IMG/VR virus record: IMGVR_UViG_3300032236_002285
Span: 1-64,000 of that record
DNA: 64,000 bases
Direction: 5' to 3' (one strand)
Of the stretch, positions 51,866-59,875 are shown piece after piece. The notes beneath the pieces were generated by a model. It was not told the DNA's origin and searched no databases. It worked only from the letters and a program-made list of their open reading frames with translations. The first letter of the stretch is position 1; every line of letters begins with the position of its first letter. Both the position numbers and the translations under genes were made by a program.

Positions 51866-51947
51866 ATGTTATTGTTTTTTTTTATTTTATATCAATTATT
51901 AAACTTTGTTTAATTTAATTCCTAAAATATGTACAAAATTTAAAATA

Positions 51948-52253
51948 ATGAATAAGGTAATTTTACAACTTTGGGAGGAATCTAACACCAAAGAAGGTTT
52001 TCTTAGTAATGGGTGCTCATTACATATAAATTTAAAAGAAAGAGGTGACTACGTTGCCGATGTTTATAAAGATAGAGTAGATTCATCTATCCCTAATGAA
52101 TATGATAGAATAGTAGGTGAATGTGTTGAGGTCTTTGTAGATGATAGATTATACAATATGATTGTTGAGGAAAAATCAGTTAAAATAAATGAGGCTTCTT
52201 TTCAAAATCTACTAAATTTTCAAGAGATAATTTTTAACAGAAATAATATATGA
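51948..52253 (+). CDS. Hypothetical protein
   Basis: Start set at ATG 51948 (MNKVILQLWEES). Confidence 0.6.
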   Translation: MNKVILQLWEESNTKEGFLSNGCSLHINLKERGDYVADVYKDRVDSSIPNEYDRIVGECVEVFVDDRLYNMIVEEKSVKINEASFQNLLNFQEIIFNRNNI

Positions 52254-52597
52254 TAACTTTTTTATTTTACATAGTATCAATTCTTTTTGCCTGTAACGAA
52301 GTTTATTATGTACTTAATAAGCTACGATTAGATACTAATTTTAAGAACTTGGATCTTACATCATCTAGTAAGGTAGATATAGCACATTATTTATTTAGAA
52401 TTATGTTTTGGGTTTGGATGATTATTGGTATTTGGTCATCTCAATCTGGCTTATTTATATTTCTGTGTATATTACACGCTGTTAGATTTCCTTTTTATCA
52501 TCTTAGTAGAAGACTTTATATAATTTGGACTAATATCTTACCAAGTATATCCTTTATCTTTATACTTATAATATTAGTTTATAAAATTAAAGGTTAA
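52250..52597 (+). CDS. Small multi-pass membrane protein
   Basis: Three to four hydrophobic segments in 115 aa. Confidence 0.6.
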   Translation: MITFLFYIVSILFACNEVYYVLNKLRLDTNFKNLDLTSSSKVDIAHYLFRIMFWVWMIIGIWSSQSGLFIFLCILHAVRFPFYHLSRRLYIIWTNILPSISFIFILIILVYKIKG

Positions 52598-53114
52598 ACT
52601 TTTTTAGATGTTGTTCAGTTATGATAATAAATTCATAGCCTTTCTTATTACACCAATTTATCATAGTCTCCCATTTTTGCTTATTTTTATAAGCCATTTT
52701 AAGGTCATATTCAAAGTTTTTTAACTTCTTCATTCCAGACTCTGGTACGTTAAGGTTGCCTTCATTTAAGTCTTGAACCATCTTATACTCTTTGAATGGT
52801 TTAACCTCTACAACGACTTGTTTAAGTACTCCATCTGAATTTCTCATCTCATAGTAGAAGTCAGGATAATAACAATGTTCTTTTATCTTAGTATCACCGT
52901 TATCAAAGTGTGTCATTTGATATGGTATTCTCATACACTCAGCACCCCACTTTGTAATGGTTTTATTATTATCTAACCAAGTCATTATTTTCTTTTCCCA
53001 AGAACTTCTGTAATAAACACCACCTTGTGTATTTAATTTAATTACTTTGTCTTTGTACTTTGGTATATAGTTGCCTTGATTATAGTTAGTGTTATTTGGT
53101 TTTGAATTTAACAT
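52587..53114 (-). CDS. gp4: Head completion nuclease
   Basis: YRSSWE, WGAE..IPY, YYPDF, VEVKP, NKQKWE, FIIITE. Confidence 0.85.
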   Translation of the reverse strand: MLNSKPNNTNYNQGNYIPKYKDKVIKLNTQGGVYYRSSWEKKIMTWLDNNKTITKWGAECMRIPYQMTHFDNGDTKIKEHCYYPDFYYEMRNSDGVLKQVVVEVKPFKEYKMVQDLNEGNLNVPESGMKKLKNFEYDLKMAYKNKQKWETMINWCNKKGYEFIIITEQHLKKFNL

Positions 53115-53130
53115 ACCTTGGATTAGTTTA

Positions 53131-53144
53131 TTTTATATATAAAA
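53131..53144. promoter_or_regulatory. 14-bp palindrome TTTTATATATAAAA, putative bidirectional late promoter
   Basis: Lies in the 44-nt gap between divergent gp4 and gp2. Confidence 0.55.
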
Positions 53145-53158
53145 GAAAATAGATTTCC

Positions 53159-53854
53159 ATGGGTGAATTAGTAGATAGAGTCGGACTAAGAATGTTAGTT
53201 GATGGTGATGGGTTAGTAGATAACTTCAAAAACAATTCATTATACTTCTATGATAAATATCAAAAATCAGATAAAGATGTTAAAGCTGTTGATGTTAAAG
53301 ATATTTATCCAGGTGGCTTTTATCACTTTCATTATTTAGATGATTCTAATTGGATGAAATATTCACCGGTATTTATTACCAACTTTAAGAAGATATCAAA
53401 TCAAATAATAATATTTGGTGTAAATTTTAATTTTATTCCACTAGAGATAAGAGCTTACTTATTTGATAAATTTATAAAAGAAGAAGATTTTGATAAAGAT
53501 AATTTATTAAAAGTTAACTACGAGGGAATGTATTCTGAATTAATTAAATATGGCTTTGAATATGCTTTAGTTGAGTATAATGCTATACAAATAAGATTAG
53601 TACATAAAATAAGTATGAATCTTGTTCCTAGATTTATAATGTCAGCACACCCTAAGAATAAATACGACCCTGCTAAGTTATTTGATATATGGAAAGCTAA
53701 AATAGGTGATAAGAGTAAGAGAAATCAAGAGATAATGAAATCAATGATAGATGATTTTTATGACGTTAAAGGTGAGATTAATGAGAAGTATGTTTTATTA
53801 AAAGACCATATACAAAGAATACAGAATAGTATGAAAAAATATGGTGGTGGATAA
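53159..53854 (+). CDS. gp2: DNA end protector
   Basis: PGGFYHFHY...SPVF...FGVNFNFIPLEIR; adjacent to gp4. Confidence 0.65.
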   Translation: MGELVDRVGLRMLVDGDGLVDNFKNNSLYFYDKYQKSDKDVKAVDVKDIYPGGFYHFHYLDDSNWMKYSPVFITNFKKISNQIIIFGVNFNFIPLEIRAYLFDKFIKEEDFDKDNLLKVNYEGMYSELIKYGFEYALVEYNAIQIRLVHKISMNLVPRFIMSAHPKNKYDPAKLFDIWKAKIGDKSKRNQEIMKSMIDDFYDVKGEINEKYVLLKDHIQRIQNSMKKYGGG

Positions 53855-53887
53855 TAATATATACACTATAAAAAATTAAAACTCTAA

Positions 53888-54361
53888 ATGAAACATTTAA
53901 GAAAATTTGAAGAACTTCAGTATTCTACATATATGAAAGCGGCTGATAAGATGCAGTCTTATGGTCAAACTGGTAAATCAGAGGTAATGAGAAAACATGC
54001 TAAAGATATCTCTAGAAAAGAGATAGATGAGATGACATTTGGTATATTAGTTGGTAATGTAAAAGAGTTTCCAAATGCTAAGCTTCAAACAGCTAGACTT
54101 TTTAAATCAGCTTCTTCTTGGGTTTTACAAGCTATTTTTAATTCTAATGAAAATACACATAGTATAACTTGTAGTGTTTCAAATAAAGGTGAAATTACCT
54201 GGTCAAGTGGTAATAAGTTCATCAATAGAAAATCAGTTGCTAAATTTCAACATTTAGTTTTATTACTTGCTAACTACCAACCAGATTTTTTAACATTCTT
54301 AAAAGATAATAACCTTAAATCTGAAGATTTAAAATTAGTGTCAAGAACATTTTATATCTAA
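53888..54361 (+). CDS. Hypothetical protein with CTS-like N-terminus (MKHLRKFEE)
   Basis: 157-aa ORF; AATATATA upstream near 53856. Confidence 0.7.
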   Translation: MKHLRKFEELQYSTYMKAADKMQSYGQTGKSEVMRKHAKDISRKEIDEMTFGILVGNVKEFPNAKLQTARLFKSASSWVLQAIFNSNENTHSITCSVSNKGEITWSSGNKFINRKSVAKFQHLVLLLANYQPDFLTFLKDNNLKSEDLKLVSRTFYI

Positions 54362-54434
54362 CACCTAATCTGGTTCTGACTTTAGAGGAAGGTTAGAAAT
54401 TTAATATATAAACGAAATAGTTATTTTAAAATAA

Positions 54435-56162
54435 ATGGCATCTTATAATCAATTTCAAGCCGGCTCAGGTCAATCAAATTTCACTTATACAAATAGTGCT
54501 GTTGAAAATAAAGGACTTTTTAGTAGAATTTTAAGAAGTTTGTCATCATACGGTATGAACTATGATGATATGATTGTTAGAAACCAAGTTGGTATTGGTA
54601 TCAACGAAGATCCATTTGCTGCTAGAGGAAACTCAATGTATGATTTCTTTTCACAAAGAGCAGTGGCTTCTGTTTTAAACAGAAAATCAATTCCTTATTT
54701 AGATAAAGCATACGCTGATAAAAGAAGAATTCTAAGAGAATATTCAATTAAAGATGAAATCAGAGATTTCGTTAGTTCTATTACAGATGAAAGTATTGTT
54801 TATAATGATGAAAGAGATTTTTGCTCACCTGCTGCTTTAGGTAATGACTATTCTCAAGAAATTAAAGATAAATACCAAGAATATTTTGAAAAAATTTATA
54901 ATAAATATGGCTTTGGTGATAACATCACAGCTTGGAATATGATGAGAGATTTCTTAATTGATGGTTATCTAGCATTGGAAGTTATTTATGATGATAAGAA
55001 AAAGAATATTATTGGTTTTAATAGATTAAGACCTGAAACATTAGTTCCCGCATTTGAACCAACAATTGGTCACTTGTGGATCCAGTTTCCAGAAGATCCT
55101 CAATTAAGAAGAATCTTCTTAGACTCTCAAATTGTTTATATCTCATATTCAACTCAAAATGATTATTCAGAAACATCTTATGTAGAGGGTTTAATTAAAC
55201 CTTATAACCAATTAAAGATTCTTGAACAAACAAGAGTAATGTTTAACATTATTAATGCTACGGTTTATCAAAAGTTTACTATTCCTATTAAGGGTTTATC
55301 AAGACAAAGAGCCGAAGAACAAATCGGTCAATTGATTAATGACTATTCGGAAGAAGTTGAATGGGATGATTCATTAGGTACATTAACTATTAATGGTGCT
55401 AAACACTTACCTTATAATAAACAAATTTGGTTCCCTGAAGGAGATGCTGGTACTCCAGCTATGGAATTGGTTTCACCTGAAGGACATAATTTGAATGAGT
55501 CAGATATGTTGACTTGGTTCTACAATGCTCTAAAAAGAGCTTCTAAAATTCCTTTCCAACGTTTTGATAAAGAAAATGGTGGTGGTAACTTAATCAATGA
55601 CTCATCAGATATGACAAGAGATGAGATTAAATTTTATAACTTTATTAATAGATTAAGAGCTAACTTCAAAGAGATTATCGTTAAGCCGTTAAAACTTCAA
55701 ATGTTAATTGAGTTTCCTGAATTAAAAGAAGATGAGGTTCTTATGAACCAAATTGATATTATCTTTAACTCAAATCAAGTATTTGAAGAATGGAAAAAAT
55801 TAAATAATTTGGCTAAGAAAGCTGAAATATTTGGTACTTTAGTTGGTATTATGAATGGTGAAAAACCTTACTTCCATATTGAGTATTTAATTGATAACGT
55901 ATTCAAATTAACTCCAGAAGAAAAAGCAGAAAACCAAAAATATTGGGCTAAAGATGCCGCTGGTGCTCCTGGTGGAGGCGGTGGTGCTGGTGCTCCAGGT
56001 GGTGAAGGCGGTGGTGAAGGCGTTGTTCCTGGTGAAGGCGGTGAAGCCGGTGGTGGTGAGGCTCCTGAAGCTGGTGGTGCTCAAGCTGCTCCTGAAGCTC
56101 AGGCGGCTCCTGAAAATCCTCCTCCAGCCGAAGGTGGTGGTGAAACCGAATTTGAATTCTAA
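54435..56162 (+). CDS. gp20: Portal protein
   Basis: FLIDG, KPYNQLKILE, AEEQIGQLINDY, ASKIPFQRF, MTRDEIKFYNFINRLR; Gly/Glu/Ala-rich tail. Confidence 0.92.
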   Translation: MASYNQFQAGSGQSNFTYTNSAVENKGLFSRILRSLSSYGMNYDDMIVRNQVGIGINEDPFAARGNSMYDFFSQRAVASVLNRKSIPYLDKAYADKRRILREYSIKDEIRDFVSSITDESIVYNDERDFCSPAALGNDYSQEIKDKYQEYFEKIYNKYGFGDNITAWNMMRDFLIDGYLALEVIYDDKKKNIIGFNRLRPETLVPAFEPTIGHLWIQFPEDPQLRRIFLDSQIVYISYSTQNDYSETSYVEGLIKPYNQLKILEQTRVMFNIINATVYQKFTIPIKGLSRQRAEEQIGQLINDYSEEVEWDDSLGTLTINGAKHLPYNKQIWFPEGDAGTPAMELVSPEGHNLNESDMLTWFYNALKRASKIPFQRFDKENGGGNLINDSSDMTRDEIKFYNFINRLRANFKEIIVKPLKLQMLIEFPELKEDEVLMNQIDIIFNSNQVFEEWKKLNNLAKKAEIFGTLVGIMNGEKPYFHIEYLIDNVFKLTPEEKAENQKYWAKDAAGAPGGGGGAGAPGGEGGGEGVVPGEGGEAGGGEAPEAGGAQAAPEAQAAPENPPPAEGGGETEFEF

Positions 56163-56173
56163 AACATATTATA

Positions 56174-56205
56174 AAAAAAGCCTCTCAAAATTGAGAGGCT
56201 TTTTT
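56174..56205. terminator. Bidirectional intrinsic terminator
   Basis: AAAAGCCTCTCAA-AA-TTGAGAGGCTTTT. Confidence 0.8.
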
Positions 56206-56656
56206 ATGCTGCTTGTTTTGGATAATCTATATAAAAGTATTTTATATTATTGTCAATGATTAATTGATTAATTTCAATCTCTACATTTGATTCTATCAAT
56301 GATTTTAACAAATCACCCATATCAGTACTTAATGGCTTTATACCTAATGTTAGTTTTTCAACTAAGTCGTCTTTTATTATAAAGTGCATAGACTTTACAT
56401 CAAAACAAGCTTCTTTTATTTTTGCTTCTTCTTTAATATTTGGTGTCATCATACCCCAAATCATTCCTTTGTTGTATATTTCTTCAATATCAAACTGAAC
56501 TCTTCTTCCTTCTAATAAGTTAGTTAGTTTAATCTCTCTTTTAAATGAAATCCAGTCGCTAAAATTTTTAAGTATATCTTCATAATACTCTAATTTAGCA
56601 TCTTTTAAAATGACATCATATTTATATGTTTCACTATTTAATGATAAAAGTCCCAT
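56204..56656 (-). CDS. Hypothetical protein
   Basis: 150-aa ORF coupled to rnr. Confidence 0.6.
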   Translation of the reverse strand: MGLLSLNSETYKYDVILKDAKLEYYEDILKNFSDWISFKREIKLTNLLEGRRVQFDIEEIYNKGMIWGMMTPNIKEEAKIKEACFDVKSMHFIIKDDLVEKLTLGIKPLSTDMGDLLKSLIESNVEIEINQLIIDNNIKYFYIDYPKQAA

Positions 56657-58536
56657 TACAATAAAGTAAAATCTATTTGTTTTCTTTCTAAATCTACAGA
56701 CTTAACCACAACTTTAAGAGCATCTCCTAATCTAATTTTATCACCAGATTCATTAGTTATTGTGTAGTTATTTGTATCAACTGACCAAGTTCCTTCTAAA
56801 GATTGATATCTAACCATTCCTTCGCACTTACTTTCAATCAATTCAACATACATACCCCAGTCAGTTACACCTGAAACAATACCATCAAATACATTACCTA
56901 TCTTATCTAAAAGATATTCAGCTTGTTTATATTTAATTGAATCTCTTTGAGCCTTAGCCGCAACCAATTCTCTAGCAGAACACCATTTAGCTTGCTCTTC
57001 AATCTTACCTGGATTTCCTTGACCTGCTTTGTTTAAGAAATCAAACAAAATTCTATGTGTAATTAAGTCCGGGTATCTACGAATTGGAGAAGTAAAGTGA
57101 GAATAGTGAGTAAATCCTAAACCATAGTGTCCGATGTTCTTAATTGTATAAGTTGCTTTAGACATACATCTAGTAACTAAAGTCTCAATCATATTTTCTT
57201 CAGGAGTGTCTTTAATCTCTTTTAGTAAGTTATTAAGTGATTTTTTAATTTCAGCTGGATCATCAAAGATTTCCACATCATATCCAAAAGTTTTACAAAC
57301 TCCAACTAAAGCATTTAACTTGTCTATATTTGGTGTGTCGTGAACACGATAAACATTTGCCCAAATAGCATCAGATAAAGTTTTAGCAACTGACTTATTA
57401 GCAAGTAACATAAACTCTTCAATTAACTTGTTGGCTTCTTTTTGTTCTTTGAAATAAACTCCAATTGGCTTTTTATTATCTTCAGCTAATTTGAATCTTA
57501 CTTCAATGCCTCCCATTTCAATGGAACCTTCATTAATTCTTTTCTTTCTAATCTTTTTTGCTAGTGTGTCAAGTAATCTAATTTCTTTAGAATAATCACC
57601 ATCTTTGCCTTCAATGATTTCTTGTGCTTCTTCATAAGCATATCTTCTATCAGAATGAATAACGGTTTTACCCATCCAAGTATTTAATATCTCACCATTA
57701 CTATTCAAAGTAAATACAACAGAAAATGCTAATCTGTCTTCGTGTGGTTTAAGTGAACATATACCATTACTTAAACGTTCTGGTAACATTGGAACACATC
57801 TATCAACTAGATAAACAGAGGTAGCTCTTTTGAAAGCTTCATCGTCTAATTTAGTTCCTGGTTTAACATAGTGACCTACGTCAGCAATGTGAACACCTAC
57901 TTCAATTTTATTATCACTAATAATATTAACTGATAAGGCATCATCAAAGTCTTTAGCATCAACTGGGTCAATGGTTAAAGTAGTAACACTTCTCATATCT
58001 TTACGAGACTTTATTTCTTTTTCAGTGATAGTCTCAGGAACTAATTGAGATTCATCAATAACTTCTTGTGGAAACTCAACAGGTAAACCATACTCAATCA
58101 TAATTGAGTTCATTTCTGTATTGTTGTCACCTGAATTTCCTAGTATTTTTGTGATTTTTCCTTGTGGTGATTTAGAATCTTCCCACTTTGTTAGTTCAAC
58201 TACAACCTTTTGGTCGTGTTCGGCTTTTAATCCGCCTTTAATATAAAAGTCAACTGGTACTTTATAACTATCAGGTACAACAAATATTGTTTTTTTACCT
58301 ATTTGTACTCTACCGACATATTCAGTTTTAAATCTTGAAACAACTTCAATGACTTTCCCTTCTAATTTTCTTTCGGCTTGAAATATTTGAATTTTTACTT
58401 TATCTAAGTGTAAAGCCTTACCTGTGTTTTTCTTGTAGATAAAGATTTCTTTATCTTCTACTAATAAGGATGCGTTACCACTTGTCGCAAATTCTATCTG
58501 ACCTTCAAATACATCCCCTTCTTTTAATTTTATCAT
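56656..58536 (-). CDS. rnr: Ribonuclease R
   Basis: TIDPVDAKDFDDALS, HIADV, IEEFMLLAN, HFTSPIRRYPDL, C-terminal S1 domain. Confidence 0.93.
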   Translation of the reverse strand: MIKLKEGDVFEGQIEFATSGNASLLVEDKEIFIYKKNTGKALHLDKVKIQIFQAERKLEGKVIEVVSRFKTEYVGRVQIGKKTIFVVPDSYKVPVDFYIKGGLKAEHDQKVVVELTKWEDSKSPQGKITKILGNSGDNNTEMNSIMIEYGLPVEFPQEVIDESQLVPETITEKEIKSRKDMRSVTTLTIDPVDAKDFDDALSVNIISDNKIEVGVHIADVGHYVKPGTKLDDEAFKRATSVYLVDRCVPMLPERLSNGICSLKPHEDRLAFSVVFTLNSNGEILNTWMGKTVIHSDRRYAYEEAQEIIEGKDGDYSKEIRLLDTLAKKIRKKRINEGSIEMGGIEVRFKLAEDNKKPIGVYFKEQKEANKLIEEFMLLANKSVAKTLSDAIWANVYRVHDTPNIDKLNALVGVCKTFGYDVEIFDDPAEIKKSLNNLLKEIKDTPEENMIETLVTRCMSKATYTIKNIGHYGLGFTHYSHFTSPIRRYPDLITHRILFDFLNKAGQGNPGKIEEQAKWCSARELVAAKAQRDSIKYKQAEYLLDKIGNVFDGIVSGVTDWGMYVELIESKCEGMVRYQSLEGTWSVDTNNYTITNESGDKIRLGDALKVVVKSVDLERKQIDFTLL

Positions 58537-58551
58537 ATATGAGTATTCTAT

Positions 58552-58947
58552 TTAAGAAACCTCATTTTGTTTATCTCTTTTTGATATATTATCTACACCA
58601 TATTTCTCAATAAGTGTATTCTTCATCTTATTAAGTACTTTTTTATTTTGTATTGGGTAGTCAACTCCAAAGTTTTTTCTTAGGGTTTCTTTTCTTTTTA
58701 CCTCTGAGCATTTTCTACAATAGTATTCTCCAAACTTGTTATCATATTTAACATAGTTCTTAAATATTACTTCTTTCTCAACTCCACATCCATCACACTT
58801 ACATTTTATTTTATAATGTGATCCTTTTGACATTAATTCAATTGGTATTTTAATTATTTCACCAATTGCTACATCATATCCTAAATCATCATAATACTGA
58901 TAATTTGATTCATTAATTTTTATCTCTATCTCTCTTGTTAGGATCAT
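58552..58947 (-). CDS. Zn-ribbon protein with homing-endonuclease-associated 'KYGVD' repeats; no nuclease domain evident
   Basis: CDGCG...CRKC; KNFGVDYP, EKYGVDN. Confidence 0.6.
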   Translation of the reverse strand: MILTREIEIKINESNYQYYDDLGYDVAIGEIIKIPIELMSKGSHYKIKCKCDGCGVEKEVIFKNYVKYDNKFGEYYCRKCSEVKRKETLRKNFGVDYPIQNKKVLNKMKNTLIEKYGVDNISKRDKQNEVS

Positions 58948-59058
58948 AAAAAACCGCTCAATTTCTTTTATTTATTAAATTTTATTCCTTTCCTCTTGAA
59001 TCTATCTATAAATAATCCTAACTTTTATAAATATGGTTTTCCTTTTAATAAATAGTGT

Positions 59059-59691
59059 ATGGCTTTTAAAAGAAAATGTACTAATTGTTTTTTTATTGGA
59101 ATGGATGATCAATACTTTACAAATAATAAAAAAATTTGTAATACTTGTTTTGATTTAAAATCTGAAGTTAAAATAAAGAAAAAATTAGAATCAAAAATAA
59201 AAAAGAGTGAGTATCTAAAATCTTGGCGATTAAAAAATAAAGAATATCTGAAAAAATATTCAGATAAGTGGATAAGTGAGAATCCTGAGAAAGTTAAAAA
59301 GTACTCAAAAAAAGCGTATTTAAAGAACAAAGAGTCTATAAATGAATATCAAAAATTTTATGTAAAAAAAAGAAGATTGAGTGATCCACTATTTAAATTG
59401 AAAACCAATCTAAGAAATCTAATAAAGAATAGTTTACAAAAACAAGGTTATACTAAAAAATCTAAAACCTATGATATAGTTGGGATATCTTATGATGAAT
59501 TTAGAGAGTATATAGAGAGTCAGTTTACAGATGGTATGTGTTGGGATAATTATGGAGAATGGCACTTAGATCATATAATTCCTATATGTTCTGCTGACTC
59601 TGAATCATCAGCTATTGATTTATGTTATTATAAAAATTTTCAACCATTATGGGCGGTTGATAATCAAACTAAAAGTGGTAAAATTTTATAG
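59059..59691 (+). mobile_element. HNH-type homing endonuclease
   Basis: CTNC...CNTC; DPLFKLK; WDNYGEWHLDHIIP...NFQPLWA..N. Confidence 0.75.
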
Positions 59692-59696
59692 GTTGG

Positions 59697-59745
59697 AACG
59701 TCTAAAATGTTGATTTTTATTTAAAAAATCAACATTTTAGACGTT
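59697..59745. repeat. Perfect 22-bp inverted repeat (hairpin)
   Basis: AACGTCTAAAATGTTGATTTTT-ATTTA-AAAAATCAACATTTTAGACGTT. Confidence 0.9.
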
Positions 59746-59875
59746 TTATTTTTACACACTCTTGAAACAAAATGCCCTGATAGATTACACTCGGTCTGTA
59801 AATAATCCACCTTTGATTTTTTTGAATAAATAAGGTCTTATATATACTCTATATTTTAAAAAATAATAAACTTAA

